From positions 11,230,609 through 11,294,608 of the forward strand of contig JAHRHZ010000268.1 in the NCBI GenBank assembly GCA_024137785.1: a DNA stretch of 64,000 nt. Reading direction: 5' to 3'. Both the position numbers and the translations under genes were made by a program. Shown here piece by piece: positions 12,171-26,590 of this stretch. Source of the DNA: Ginglymostoma cirratum. Taxonomy: Eukaryota. The notes under the pieces were generated by a model. It was not told the origin of the DNA. It was given only the letters and a program-made list of their open reading frames with translations, and ran no database searches. Position 1 is the stretch's first letter; every line of letters starts with the position of its first letter.

Positions 12171-14499
12171 AGTAGGAATCAATTGGTCATTTTTGTAATA
12201 GTACAACATGAATCTGTTCTGAGTCTTCAACTGGTTATAATCTATAACAATGATCTGGATGAAGACACTGAATGTATGATAGCACAATTTGTTGAAGGCA
12301 CCAAGATAGATAAGTAAGTAATTTGTCAAGAGGAGATAGAGCATTTACAAAGAGATATAGAGGGGTGGGGAAGCAGACCGGAAAGTGGAGGTGACACTAC
12401 AATCAAATCAGCCATGATATGGTGCAACAAGCTCATAGGGCCAAATGGCCGAATCCTGGGATTTTTCATTTGAAATTGAGGTGTCCAGATGTGCAGTACC
12501 ACTCAGCCCAAGAGCAAGCCTCATGCTCTGTCTCTATCCATAGTCATTCCAAAAATATGGAGAGTGGCATGGTTACGTCTTTACTGAGGCAGCTGAACTA
12601 TCGATTATGTAACGCAACAAGAACTAACTTTGTAGGGCCTGAAATTATGCCTGCAGGGCTTATAATTTGGTGGTTGAGCCAATTGGATTTTTTTTTTTTG
12701 CTTTTCCTTGACCCATCAATCACTTGAAGAAAAATGTAAATGCTTGGACATTTGCTGTGTTTATAGTGTGTCAGTCGATCAGAATGTTGATATGCTCACA
12801 TACTGTACCTCTGTAGAAGAACACTGGCTCACGACCATTGGTTACACAATGGTGTGTACATAGTCATAGCCCAGTCATTAGACGCTTGGATGGAGAGAAA
12901 ATCCAACGTGGAGTCTTATCTGTTTTAGTAACAAAAATTATTCTGATCTAAGTTGGCTAAATATTTGCTTGTAATTGATGTAAATTTTCTGGAACATGAT
13001 TTGTAAATTTATCCTAAACTCCTGTCTGCTGAAGCACTTAATGCAACATATATACTAGAACTCAGTTGGAATTTTGATAGTCTGTTATGGTACATTTCAG
13101 AAGTTAATATATTGTTAAAGTGATAGCTACTACATCTGTTTAGCTAATCATGTATGCATGCTGATTTCTCATGCATGATATGTCAGAGTTGAAGCCCTCA
13201 GTCAGTTATGTACTTTATGATTAAATTCTGCATTCATGTGTCGACAAGCAAGACTGTGTTGCCCTTGCGAGAAATTGGAAATATGGTGCAGGCTCTGAAT
13301 CACCCAGTTTTACTTTGGACATGAGAAGACAGAGTGCCTTGAGATAGAGCGTGCAATTCTTTATTATGTAAAGACTCCTGTGTTTTTTTGCCCATGCGTT
13401 TCTTTCATCCTGCTAATTGAAAAGGCTAAGGGAAAGGGTCAAAGCAGCATAGATTGTTTTCATTTGTGTCGCTAAGAAAACCTGGAGTGGCAGATCAACA
13501 AAAGTGCTCTGCAAGCATTGTGCACAGTTGAACGGCAAAGCAAGTCCTTTGCCTGCTTGTAGTAACCACGTAGTATTACAGCTACTGGTATCTCACTTTA
13601 TTTTAGTCAACTTAAATGTTACATGTTAACTCTGGAAACTGGAAGGTAGCTATTATAGTCAGATTAACTTTTATTAAATGAGTCCACTGTGGATTTCAGC
13701 CTGAAGTGTACTGCTCTTTTGCTATTTGGTTATGGAAGGAAGCGCTTGACTGTGTAATTTTAATGTCAAAAGACTTTTGCGAATGAATGCACGGCTGATT
13801 TCAGTGAAAATGGCTGGTTAGGAAGGCACAACTTCATATGTGATTCTTTTTTAAAAAATATTTCTCTGACCTAGTTGTGTTGATATGCCTCCTGTTGCAC
13901 TGCTTTAGGTCATTATTACTGTCATTGGTTATTCATGAAACCCATAAAGTATCTTGAACAGGTCAGTCCATGAGTACATTTCTGCTGTATTTCAAAGACC
14001 TTCCTGTGGATGTATTATGTATCTATTTCTTAGCTGGGCTGTGGATTGTATCTGCTGTTACACTGTAACTTTAATCCATAAATTTGACATCAGATTCCAT
14101 GTTTAACTGGTTCTTCCTCACCGAACACTTTTGCTCTATCTCTCCATTCTTTTTGTATTGCCATGATGCTGCAATCAAATATGAGCTGTAATTTGATCCA
14201 CCTAATTATAAGGAAGACACAAACCATTATCTTTGGCCCGCATCACAAACTCTGTTCCCACAACAGATTTCATCCCTTCTCCTCTTCCAACAATATTTCA
14301 GGCCAAACCAGACTGCCACAAGCTCAAAATTGTGTTGGACCTTGAGGTCTAGTATTAACAACATCATCTCCTGCATTGACTTGGTCTGTTTATTCCTCTT
14401 TTTGTTCTGTCGACTCTGCCCCTGTCATTGTCCATCTGCTGATGAAACCCACAGTAATGCATTTGTTATTTACAAACTTGATCATGCCAGTGCTGTCTC

Positions 14500-14650
14500 A
14501 TCTTTGGACAGACCAAAGGAAACCAGACCACCCATAGGAAACCCATGCAGAACATGCAAACTCCACACAGACAATTGTTCAAGGCTGGAATCAAACTGGG
14601 TTGCTGGCACTGAGGTAGCAGTGCTAAACCCTGAACCACTGTGCCACCCA
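14500..14650 (-). mobile_element. V-SINE/HE1-like fragment within an L2-like remnant
   Basis: Reverse strand tgtctgtgtggagtttgcatgttct...gggtttcct (V-domain), similar to 21269-21553. Confidence 0.65.
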
Positions 14651-16721
14651 TATCCGTGCAATTTAGAACTCTTGCAAACCAAGATGTTATCTTTGAAGTG
14701 AGTGGAAGATTTAAAAAAAACACAACAATGGAGTGACCAAATCTGATTGAAATGTGTATTCAATGCACCAATTTTATTTTCACACACAAAACATTTGAAT
14801 ACTGTCAGCACTTCCCAGTGTTATTATCCTTCTATACTTGTGATAGTTAAAGGACCTTTTATTGTATGACTAATATTGCTAACACATTGTATCTATGCAT
14901 CAGAACTAAATTTAGCAGTTTACTGCATAGTTCGTAATTTTACAGAGCTCTTTGGGATTCAGCTCCATCTATATGGAAGTTATTTTGTTAAGATTAGCTT
15001 GCTTGTTTGTAAATAGAATATACAAATATAGCTTTTATATAAAATTGCTTATTTCTAAGTCTGGGGGTCGTGTTGTGGTTTCATGCCGTAAGTTTTTACT
15101 TAACATTAGGTTGCCTTATAATCAGTAAATTAATAGGGCTTGTCATCTCATTGAATGTCTTCAGCCCTCTAACTCTTCAACTTGCTGCCTTTTCCCTTTC
15201 CTTGACCCTGTAGTTTGCAGCCGCTTCCTCCCTATTGCTGACCTTTCAACTTGCAGTCTCATCTCCAACTCACAATATCCAAATCAGCTGGAGTCCTGGC
15301 TTTCTGAATTGCCGGATCCTGATCCTGATGGTGCAGCAGAGCTGAGTTGGAAATCCATGTTTTCTAAAACATTTCTGCTTGTTGTTTCAGCCTGCCGAGC
15401 CCTTGCTCGGGAGTGAGGGCTCTGGAGATGAATAGCACTAGTGAGAGGCTGGATTGGTTTCAACAGAGCTTTAAGAGACGATGATGAAACCTCAAGCTCA
15501 TGACTTCTGCACCATTAGAACACTTTTTTTTCAAACCTGAAAGCTCCAGCTTGAAATAAGATCTTAAATGGAAATGCAGGTTCAAGAGGGATGAGTCAGC
15601 AAGTGGCAGCTTCAGCCAAAGGGTGGGTCAAGGAGAGATAGAAGGTGCAAGCCAGAATCAGGGGAATGGAAGAATCTGCACCAAACCAGGGGATCGGTGA
15701 CCAGCTGGATCCACCATAAGTAGAAACTTACATTTCTCTTATATTTATTTTAAGTCATCTCTTTTATCACTGTAGGAATTTAGTAGTTTGAAGTATTTCG
15801 ACTCAACGAGTATAATGTTTTAATCTATTTCCTGATAAAGAAGGTCCTGCAAACCTAACTTCACTTTCAGCATTAGTTCCTGAAGGGACCCAAGTTGTTT
15901 AAAGTTGTTTTTACTTTTCAGGAATGCAAGCTTAAGTGAGGGCTTGCTATTATTAAAATGGCTAGGCTATTTCAATGAACTGGAAATATGTTCAGACATG
16001 CAGTTAAATTTTTGCAATTAAACTTTTTAATAGTGGAATGAAACTTTTGAGTAGTCTTAAAGATTCCACTGAAGCTCAATGCAAACTAACAAGCTCATGT
16101 GTTTATTGGCAATATATGAATGAACCAAAGTGCTCTTCAAAGCAGAACATGTTTCAGATTGTTGATTCTTTGAATACTAATGATAATCCCATAAGAGTGC
16201 TTATTTTTGCCCATTCGTGAAAAGATTATTTACTGTTGATAATGATGCTTGAGTATTGTTAGTGTACCATTTATATTTGACCACAAACAAAGGAACTGCT
16301 TGAACTATATTCCAAAGTGATTTAGTTCTTGCACATCAAAGATTATCGAAGCAGGCATTAATCTTGTCTACATGGTGGATTTTAAAATTTTTGTTTTTGG
16401 GGGAAGGGGTTAAAAAGAGCTGAGGATTTTTTTTGATGTCTCCAATGCATGGATGAAGGATTGTGTAATGAAGCAGAAATAATAAACCATCTGCTAATGT
16501 AGATAAATTTACTTTCTTATGATAGATGTCATAGGAGTTTCAGTTCTGTAATAAGCAGTTTACTGACCATGGAGATCCTTCTTTTCCCCTTTTTTTTGAG
16601 AGATTTTGTATAGACAGGACCCATTTGGTTGAAGTGAGAAACTACTGACCGGAATTATTGCAAACAAAGTAGTTAATGTGGCGGAATATATAACTGGAAA
16701 AGCTGATCAAGGGCATTTTGT

Positions 16722-16815
16722 GATAACAAGGTGTAGAGCTGGATGAACACAGCAGACCAAACAGCATCAGAGGAGCAGGAAGGCTGACGTTTCGGGCCTA
16801 GACCCTACTTCAGAA
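16722..16815 (-). mobile_element. Short Penelope terminal fragment (hammerhead core mutated)
   Basis: gataacaaggtgtagagctggatgaacac...ctgacgtttcgggcctagaccctacttcag. Confidence 0.8.
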
Positions 16816-19339
16816 AAATTTGTCATGTTGTCATGTTTTATAGTAAATATATGTCGTGGTATCTATGAATTATTTTTGGAAAACATTATGACTATTAAGT
16901 GCATTTACAAAATGGATACGGATGAAAAGATATACTTGGCTATTCTCAGCTCATTTCTGCATAAGGATTCTGCCCTATATTTGGTAGACATATGGGATTC
17001 CTCCTAAATACAATTATGAACTTCTGCCTCCACTGTCCTAGTTCGAATAAAATTCTATCTTTGTCATGCTGTGGATTCTAAATGTTCTGGTGTAATGCTG
17101 TGCATTTTAATATTCTTGTCCTTGTTTTCAAGTCCATCCATATTCTCACTCCTCCTTTCTATCTCTGTTATTTCCTCCAGACCCACAATGTATTTGTGTA
17201 CATCTAATTCAGGCTGCTGAACACTAAATGATTTTCAAATTGCCCCTTGAACTGTCTAAGCTGTAAGATCTGAAATGACCTGGCTACCTTTTGATTTGCC
17301 TTTATAGTATTCACCGTACCATTCTATTCCGGTGATCTTGATGGATGAATCTTAGACAACATTCAGTTTATAGAACAACTATAAGAAATGGTTTTGCAGT
17401 TTTATCCAGTGTGTATTTTTGTCTGTCACTATACACGAAGCATATCAAATCATAGTACTGGGATGTCTTAAGAGTACAGTACATGCTCAACCTTGTGTAT
17501 GTGTGCATCTTGTGGTGCTGCTCAAAAGGTCAGTGTATGCCACGACTAGATGAGCCATTGTTGGCCTCTCAATGCTTTAAGTATACCAGGTTTTTATCCA
17601 ATAAAGTGATCCCTCGCTATTATGCCAACTATAATTAATTACGGTAATATTTCTCTTCACTTCATGTTGTAGTTACATTTCTGGAATGTGCAAGTTCAAA
17701 GGAAACAAATTTAAACAAATCAAATTTACAGGTTATAATCTAGGCAAGCGCTTTAACTCAGTTGAGAGTAAGGGCTTGGGAAACAAACACCAAAAGGCAG
17801 GAAATAAGGTCTGAAGTTGGAACAGCTTTTGATTTGAAAGTTCTTGAGGATGAATTGCAGGCTGGTATGGTGGCATCAAAAGTGTTGGCAAACAGGAGAG
17901 GCAGCTCCATTGTGGCGCTGATTGGATCACATGACCCTATGCCACATGCAGAGCAAATATTGAAACAGGACTCCTGGTGCTAAAAGCAAATACCACTCCC
18001 TCCATTAACTAGTGAATGTTAAATTGAATTTACTTAAGGGACGAATTAAAGCAAGATCTTACTGTACTTTTATTGCTACCAACACAATGTATCTAATAAA
18101 TTTCTGTTAATTCTATTCCTCAGGAAGAAACAGTATTTTTCTAAGTGTTGGGGAAAGCAAGCGAGATTGTGGTGTTTCAAACCCACTTCGTCCGGAAAGC
18201 AATGTTTTTTTATGAAGTCCTCAATTTGCCATGAATTAGTAGCATCGTCACAGACCTGTTGCAAAATGTTACTTCGAAACTGTTGTTCCTCAATTTTACT
18301 CATTGACCAGAATTCCAGTCACGTGTGACTTCTGCCTGGCAGATGGGTTGTTGACAAATTTGGTTGAGCACAAATTTCAAAGTGTGTGACGGTGAAAGAT
18401 TAGTGAATATTGGGGCCATTCTGAGTATATTCTAATGACCCAGTTCCTTGCAAAGATGCTACGCCTTATCTGTTGATTTGGCTTGAAACATTTGGAAACT
18501 TGGAAGGCAACATTAGGGAAGTTAGTACCATTCCATCTCCTCTGAGACCTCTTCAGAGGAATTTAAATATCTGGGGATACGTGAGTGTCTTGGTAAAATT
18601 AGCTTTCAAAAGGCAGTTTACATGAACTTGTGTTCACATCTCTTAGCATGTACCTAATTTTAATTGGCATGTATTGTTCAAATACATTATAAAAACAGAT
18701 GTTGATGAAAATGGTGCGGTGGGGATAAAAAGTACTAATCCTTCATTGTCTTTTCACATTCTAAGCCTGTTTCCGTGGTGTATCTTCAGGATGTTGCCTG
18801 TTATGCAGCAGCAATATGACTTTAAATCCTGTTTCGTGTTTACAATATTGTGAGCAATATATCTGCCATATGGAAGTTTTTGTAAAACTTGCTTTTAAAT
18901 TACAAGAAAGCAAACCACTTAAGCATGCAGTGTATTGTTCTCTGAATTACATTGTGGCCTGTCAAGTTTGTTTCATTAGTGTTTTGTTTTTGTCAGATTA
19001 AAATCAATCTAATATTAAACCACACCTTCACGGGAAGTGACTTCATAAGCTCCAGGAGGTTATTATTTCCCCCAGCATTCAGTTATAGACTTCCAATGGC
19101 TATTGGTAATTATTCTGCAGTTGTAACACCAATGAGTTGAAGGAGACTTGATAACTCATGTCTTATTGTGTGTGATATACAGTTTCCAGTTGCTGAGGAG
19201 AATCATAACAAAAGTAGGCAACAACCTTTTTAATCTCCACATGGTGGGTGGTAAGCCTGAATACCTAACAATCCATTATATATGTGGCCAGTTAATATGA
19301 AACACTCTGAAACAGTAGAGTCGCTGCACTCTCTGGCAG

Positions 19340-19575
19340 ATGTAAAAGTTTGAAAGGCCCTATCACAAGGAACAGGAGCTCTACCCACGAACCTAGCTCA
19401 TTTTTATCCTTCAGCTAGGTTGTCTGGTCATGATTACAATTGTTGTTTGTGGGATTTTGCTGTGTAAACACTTTCAATTGTGCTTCTTGCACTTAAGCAT
19501 ACAGACTGAATGTAAAGTGTTTTGGTATATTCCTAGGTCATGAAAGATTTATTATAATTACAAGCTTTATTTCTC
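19340..19575 (+). mobile_element. Degenerate Deu-domain SINE, 3' part
   Basis: tctggtcatgattacaattgttgtttgtgggattttgctgtg...tgtaaagtgttttgg resembles SacSINE1/AmnSINE1. Confidence 0.5.
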
Positions 19576-21268
19576 CTGAATCAATTAATTCTGGTTTTAT
19601 TTGTGTTGGTAATCCACAAGGTTTGTTTCCTTGATTATTATAAAATGTTGCAATTATATCCAGTACTTTGGCAAGTTGTATTAAAAGTTTCTTTGTACAT
19701 CAGAAGCTTGGTTTTGTTCAAACCCTAATATGCAATAAATTTTAAAACGTTCTGGTTTTTGTCAAGTGCAAATTTGATGTCGTGAGAACACTTTATTCCA
19801 GCTCTTGTCACTTCACGGGTTCAAATGTTGTAGGATTTCAGTTGACAAGTTTGGCTATGAGGTGCTTCAGAGCAATACTGGGTGAATGCTCCATGATTGG
19901 GGTGGTTCCCATAGAGGCATTTAACAAGTTAGGTGGATATACAACTTCTGAGTTATTGTTTGTAGAACAGCAAGAATATTATCCTGCAATTTTGAATGAT
20001 GGTTATATTCAATAAACCAGCTGGGCATTTCTCATTTTTTTAGCAACTCGGAGTGCGCAAATTGACTCCCAATTTTCCAAATATCTGTGGACCTAGGCGC
20101 AAATGTAACACCTTTGTTGATAAATGGGCATCAAAATTAACCCAGCAAGAAATGTGAGCCTACAAGACAAGACTAATATGAGGCTTAAGCTGCTGCAGAA
20201 TGTTGCTAGCTCCTTGAAGCTGGAAGTCAGTAGCTGAGAGAACCCCAGGATTTCTTAATGTGTCTGAGAGTTGGGGCTTGGACTAACAGAAGGAGGAATT
20301 GCTTGGTCTGACTGAGATCTAGGGCTCAAAAAAAAACCCAAAGAGCAGTGTCAAGTTGGAGAAGCTGAAATAGTTAGCCGCACAGTCCTAGATAGTTAGG
20401 ACCACGCAGCCATCCAAATCCAATTTGAAGAGAAGGGCTTGAGCAATTGAGAAGTGAGCAGCCTTTGGGATTGTTTGAACTGAGACTATGTCCTTCAAGA
20501 AGAGGAATTTAAATCCCTCTTGATTTAAAAACGGGGTTTTATCATTTTTATTATTAAAGGCTGATTAATTTCTTTGGTTTTGTTTTCTTTTGCCAATCCA
20601 CTTAACATCCAGCATGTGGTGTGTTCAACTGCACTCTGTATTAATTCATGTTTACCTCATGTCAATTCTGGATGTTTAGAGTACAAGAATGACTTTGACT
20701 ATTTCCATTGTTCAGTGGTAAAATTCTCCTGCTTTGTTTAAAACTGTGGAATAATGTGGCATAATTCTGTTAATAAATATCTAAGACTTCAAACATTGTC
20801 TATTGTACAAAAGCAGTTACCAGTTCCTGACAAGATTGTTTAAAAAAAATTTCGATTTTTGTCTGAGATCGGAACATACGGTGCTTAAAATTTTAAAAAA
20901 TGTAAAGATGGCACCAAAATAACTAGAATGTAACGGGCAGTTAGAATACAACAGCTTGGTGTTTGAAGAATCCTCCTAATCATATCAGGCTGTCATTATG
21001 ACTTAAGGGAGGTTATTTGCCACGTTGAGTTCATACCAGTTCTCTGTAAAACAATACGGTCAGATTACTTCCCACTCCCTCAGAACCGTGCAACTTTATT
21101 TCACTAATGTGTCCACCTAATTTTCTTTTGTAGTTATTGATTGATTATCTCCACTTCGTAATCCTCAAAGGCATCTGGTTGCAGTTTCTTGTCACTCACT
21201 GTTTAAAATGGTTTGTCCTCCTTCAATGGATGATGTGAACAGCTTTTGTCCATCTCCCCTTAACCTAT

Positions 21269-21553
21269 CACAGCACCAGGGACCCGGGTTCAATTCCAGT
21301 CTCGGGTGACTGTCTGTGTGGAGTTTGCACATTCCTCTCGTGTCTCCGTGGGTTTCCTCCAGGTGCTCTGGTTTATCCCACAGTCCAAAGATGTGGAGGC
21401 TAGGTGGATTGGCCTTGCTAAATTGCCTGTAGTGTTCAGGGATGTGTAGATTAGGCGGGTTATAGGGGAATGGGTCTGGATGGGATCCTCTGAGTGTTGA
21501 TGTGGACTTGCTGGGCCAAAGGGCCTGTTCCCACACCGTAGGAATTCTATGAT
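21269..21553 (+). mobile_element. HE1-type tRNA-derived V-SINE
   Basis: B-box ggttcaattcc, V-domain tgtctgtgtggagtttgcacatt, CR1-shared tail gggcctgttcccacac...attctatg. Confidence 0.85.
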
Positions 21554-22996
21554 GATTAACCCTGTAGTTGATATTCTTCATTGCTGGAACATTCTCCTCT
21601 TTATTCTCTCAAGGATCCTCACATCCTTCCTAAAGTCTGGTGACCAGAACAGGGTATGATTCTCCAATTGTGGCCTATCTAGAGCTTTATAGGTGTTCAG
21701 TATGTGTGCTGCTCTGTGCTCCATTTTTTTGCCCATTTTTAACCTGTTCTTAGTTCTTGACGGAGTCGCTGCTTCAATCACTAACCTTGTACATTTCATA
21801 AGTTGACAGTCTTTTGTCTACAATGATTTTCCAGTGTTCTGTCCTAAATTTCTTGGGATATGAAGGCAAGATTTAAATCTCCTCTCTAGACTCTTAAAGC
21901 ATTGGAATCAATTAATTTCTAATAACTGTGAACCATTGCATCATAACTTATGACACTTAAATCAATTCCGATTGTTGTGTTCTTAAAAACAAAAGTCAGA
22001 TTTTTGTTTTACATCTTGAGACTTTCTCGTACCAGACAGAAACCTGGTGAACCAACAATATTTCCTGAAAACCTCATCATCCATTAGGGCAGTATGCTCA
22101 GACTCATAACAAATATTGCAATTCTGTGAAACTGCACTGACTCACATTTAGCCTCTGACTACTGCCCAGAATAAAAGAAAACTGCACCAAGTTTCTTCAG
22201 TAACAATAAAAAAAACTTACTCTTTGTTACTGTTTTTATTAAAATTATTTCTAATTTATATAACTTAAACTTTTCCCTTTTTAAAATTCTCTTGTGTGTA
22301 TATGCAAAGGGCTGCACACAGACACAGCAGCGAGGCAGACATTCAGGGAAAGGAAGGGTGTTGAGCAGGAGCTATGTGGGAGGACTTCATAGTTTTCCTT
22401 TTATATGTTAAAATTTATTTTATAAGTCATTTCACTTAGAAAACTTTAACAATGTTAGGTATTTAACTTTACATGGTATAATGATTTAATTTTTTTCTGA
22501 AAGGAATTGTCCAACAGAACTTTAGTTTTTGTGTTTGGTTCTAATGGGGAAAATCTGAATTGCTTAACATTGTTTTATTTGACGTTTTGTTTCTCAGGGA
22601 CATATATAAGCATTAAGTGAGGAATTAGTCTAGTGTGGAATCACAGACTTCTAACAGCACATTAACTGTCGTCTTACCAAGCATTGATAGTTTTTATTTC
22701 TTTTATATGCAAGCCTTTCCTATTTGTAGGTTCAACTTCCTCCCCTTTACCAACACAACACCCACCATGTCATCTGCTCAGATAGTTGCACATCATTTGG
22801 GTGTCATTAAAGAACATAGTCTTGATGCTAACCTTGTCAAGGCATTTCAAACCATCAAGCAAATATGTTACAGGGCTTGGAGATCAATGCGTAGTCTGGG
22901 AATTGTTGAAGCAGTTTTGCCATTTTACTGGTTGGAAGAGAATTACTAGTCAGAAACCAAAACACGACAAGACAAAAAATAATTGTGTAAATAATT

Positions 22997-23889
22997 TCAG
23001 AGATAGTCGGAACTGCAGATGCTGGAGAATCTGAGATAACAATGTGTAGATTGGGATGAACACAGCAGGCCAAGCAGCATCAGAGGAGCAGGAAAACTGA
23101 CGTTTCGGGCCTAGACCCTTCTTCAGAAATGGGGGAATGGAAGGAGGTTCTGAAATAAATAGGGAGAGAGGGGGAGGCGGATAGAAGATGGATAAAGGAG
23201 AAGATAGGTGGAGAGGAGACAGACAGGTCAAAGAGGCGGGGATGGAGCCAGTGAAGGTGAGTGTAGGTGGGGAGTTAGGGAGGGGATTGGTCAGTCCAGG
23301 GAGGACTGACAGGTCAAGGGGGCGGGATGAGGCTAGTAGGTAGGAGATGGGGATGGGGCTTGAGGTGGGAGGAGGGGTTAGGTGGGGAGAAGGACAGGTT
23401 AGGGAGGCGGGGACGAGCTGGGCTGGTTTTGGGATGTGGTAGGGGGAGGGGACTTCACAAGCTTCAAACTCTCCCCTCCCCCAACTGCATCCCAAAACCA
23501 GCCCAGCTCATCCCTGCCTCCCTAATCTGTCCTTCCTCTCACCTATCCCCTCGTCCCACCTCAAGCCCCATCCCCATCTCCTACCTACTAGCCTCATCCC
23601 GCCCCCTTGACCTGTCCGTCCTCCCTGGGCTGACCTATCTCCTCCCTAACTCCCCACTGACACTCACCTTTACTGGCTCCATCCCCACCTCTTTGACCGG
23701 TCTGTCTCCTCTCCACCTATCTTCTCCTTATCCATCTTCTATCTGCCTCCCTCCTCTCCCTATTTATTTCAGAACCCCCTTCCCCGCCCCTATTTCTAAA
23801 GAAGAGTCTAGGCCCGAAGCGTCAGCTTTCTTGCTCCTCTGATGCTGCTTGGCCTGCTGTGTTCATCCGGCTCCACACCTTGTTATCTC
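22997..23889. mobile_element. Fold-back Penelope insertion (two inverted ~420-bp arms) with 13-bp TSD
   Basis: 23032-23450 is the reverse complement of ~23475-23889; TSD tgtgtaaataatt at 22984-22996 and 23890-23902. Confidence 0.9.
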
Positions 23890-25439
23890 TGTGTAAATAA
23901 TTGACTTATTGTAACCTACTGCAACCAAAAGCAATTGTAAATTCCCAGTGGGCAATAAGACAAATTCCTGCTACCTCTGTCACCACAATTGATTTTTTTT
24001 TACATTTGCTTTTGATGATGCAATCAGAACTGTTTAATGTTGTAGACCTAAACTTCAAGTAGTGTCATTCAATGTGGTGGGAATATTTACTTGAAGTATT
24101 ATTTTCAATGCCAGGACAGGAATGAAATATAATTATTGCTGTGCATTGCCCTCGCAAGAAGTAGACTCTTTGGCTCTTGTCATAAGACTGTGAGATTCCC
24201 AGGAGATGAAATAGAACAGAAATATTCTCTGCATAGATGTCCGTCATTCCTGCAATATTTCTCATTGATTATTGCAGTGTTCTGGAAAGGAACATGGAAA
24301 TGAGCATTTCCGGTTAGGGAAGATTTCTGGCTAGTTATATAATGTAAAGAAATTGGAGGGTCTACCATTGCTAGCTGTAGCTCCAGGCTGCAATATTGCA
24401 TGTAAAAGTGTATACTGCCACAGCAACTTGATCTCCTTGGAGGTCCTGTTGACTCAGCTGAATGGATGGCCCAAATGGATTAAATTGGTGCAAATGACAT
24501 TGGATTTGATTTAAGTCACTTTCTCCCACAGCCCAGTGGATTTTTTGTTTTTGGGAGGAAGATGAGGGATGGTGTGTGTCCAGAACTCTGCCACTCATCC
24601 TCTGATAGAAAGACAGAAGGAGAAGACTGAGAACTGAGTCTTAGAGTAAGCCATACATTCTTCCCCCGGAGTGTTATGAACACTATTTGTTACCACACCA
24701 GCAACTTGAAACCCTTTTGTCAACCAGAGCAAAATCATTGACCATGCCCCTTCCTAAAGACACCAATTTAGTTCTTCTGAATAAAATTCTACAACCAAAT
24801 TCCAGAAGGTTTGCTAAATGCTATATGAACACTGCCCAAAGGGAAAAAGGAAACTGCAACTGGGACCATGGCCAAGTTCCCGTCCTCAGACTAGGGACAT
24901 ATCCTTATCCAAATGGCCCTTTGACACCTGAACACACAACCCCAGCCTGCTGTCCAACCTTCCAAACTGTCATGACTGCTTCTACAGCTCAGCGATGGTG
25001 AATCCCTGCGACATTCATTAGCAAATGTAACACTACTATTCAAGAAAGGAGACAGGGAACTATAGGCACTCGAGACTGACATCAGTCATTGGGAAATTTC
25101 TATTAATATTACTGTTGAAATTTGACATATATCTTTGCTGTAACTATTTGTCGCAATAGCACTCACCATGTTGCATACTGAGTTCTGTTCGCTTATCATT
25201 TTTAACGAGCTGCATCTGCACCCCTAAGTCTCTTTGTTTGGCAACACTCCCCAGGAAGTTGAACCTCCCACCCTCATTGTCTCACACTGTCTACTTGTTT
25301 CTCAGTATCTTAAGGTTGAGCTCCTTACTGTCATCTTCAAATCCCTCTAACTTCTCCCCTATTCCATTGTATTTTAGATCAAATATTAAACCAGGCCCTG
25401 TCTGCTTGTTTCAATTAAAGCAAAATGTGAGAAGTATGG

Positions 25440-26590
25440 TAGACTGGTTGGTAAGGTTAGATCATATGGGATCTGGGGGAGCTAGCCAATTGGATACAAA
25501 ATTGGCCTAAAGATAATAGGCAGAGGGTGGTGACAGAGGGTTGCTTTTCAGACTGGAGGCCTGTGACCAGCAGTTGCCACAATGATTTGGTTTTGAGTCC
25601 ACTGTTTTTCATCATTCATATAAATGATTTGGATGTGAATATAGGAGGAATAGTTATTAAGTTTGAGATAACACCAAAATTGGTGGTGTTGTAGATAATA
25701 AAGATTATTATCTCAGACTACAACAGGACATTGATCAGCTGGGCCAGTGCACTGAGGAATGACAGGTGGAGTTTAATTTAGATAAACGTGAGATGTTGCA
25801 TTTTGGTAAGGCAAATCCAGAGCAGGACTTTCACAGTGAATATTAGGACCCTGGGGAGTGTTGCCAAACAAAGAGACTTAGGGGTGCAGATGCAGTTCGT
25901 TAAAAATGGAGTCATGGGTAGACAGGGTGGTAAAGAAGGTGTTTGGCACACTTGCCTTCATTGGTCAGAACATTGAAGATAGGAGTTTGAACATCGTGTT
26001 GTGGCTGTAAAGGACATTGAGGCCGTTCTTAGAATACTGCATACAATTCTGGTTGTCCTTCTATCGAAAGGATTTTGTTAAACTTGAGATGGTGCAGAAT
26101 AGATTTACAAGGATGTTGCAGGAATTGGAGGATTTGAGTTATAGGGAAAGGCAGAATAGGCTTGGATTTTTTCCCCTGGAGCACCATAAGCTGAGGGATG
26201 ACCTTTTGCAGAGGTTTATAAAATCAGGAGGGACCTGGATAGGGTGAATAGCCAAAGTCATTTTCCTAAGGTTGGGGAGTCCAAAACTAGAGGGCATAAG
26301 TTTAAGGTGAGAGGAGAAAGATTTAAAAGGGACCTGAGGGGTAAATTTTTTGTGCAGAGGGTGGTGTATGTATGGAATGAGCTGCCAGAGGAACTCGGGA
26401 GGCGGGTGGGGGAGTGGGAGAGTGGGTACAATTGCAACATTTGAGAGGCATCTGGATGGGTACATGAATAGGAAGGGTTTAGATTAATACAGGCCAAATG
26501 CTAGTAAATGGGACTAAGCCAGATTGGAATGTCTTGTTGGTGTGGGTGAGTTGGACCGAAGGGTCTCTTTCTGTGCTCTATGACTCTATG
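25440..26590 (+). mobile_element. CR1 (HER1-like) LINE, 3' ~1.1 kb
   Basis: RT C-terminus RPFLEYCIQFW...KLEMVQNRFTRM; ESKTRGHKFKVRGERF; tail ctctatgactctatg. Confidence 0.9.

Larger units (their letters stand above)
11290..12360 (+). mobile_element. CR1 RT fragment interrupted by a Penelope insertion
   Basis: Decayed D-F-x-KAFDKVPH-like sequence before the insertion and YNNDLDE...FVEGTK after it. Confidence 0.6.

Noticed and set aside
21269-21310. tRNA gene (B-box GGTTCAATTCC)
   Set aside because: It is the truncated head of a SINE; no cloverleaf.
15060-22300. LTR-like stretches near 15080-15800, 20200-20880 and 22020-22300
   Set aside because: Composition is suggestive, but no paired termini or TSDs could be established.
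22950-23842. Two mirrored Pro/Ser-rich ORFs (181 and 171 aa)
   Set aside because: Artefacts of the C-rich Penelope 3' region in a palindrome.
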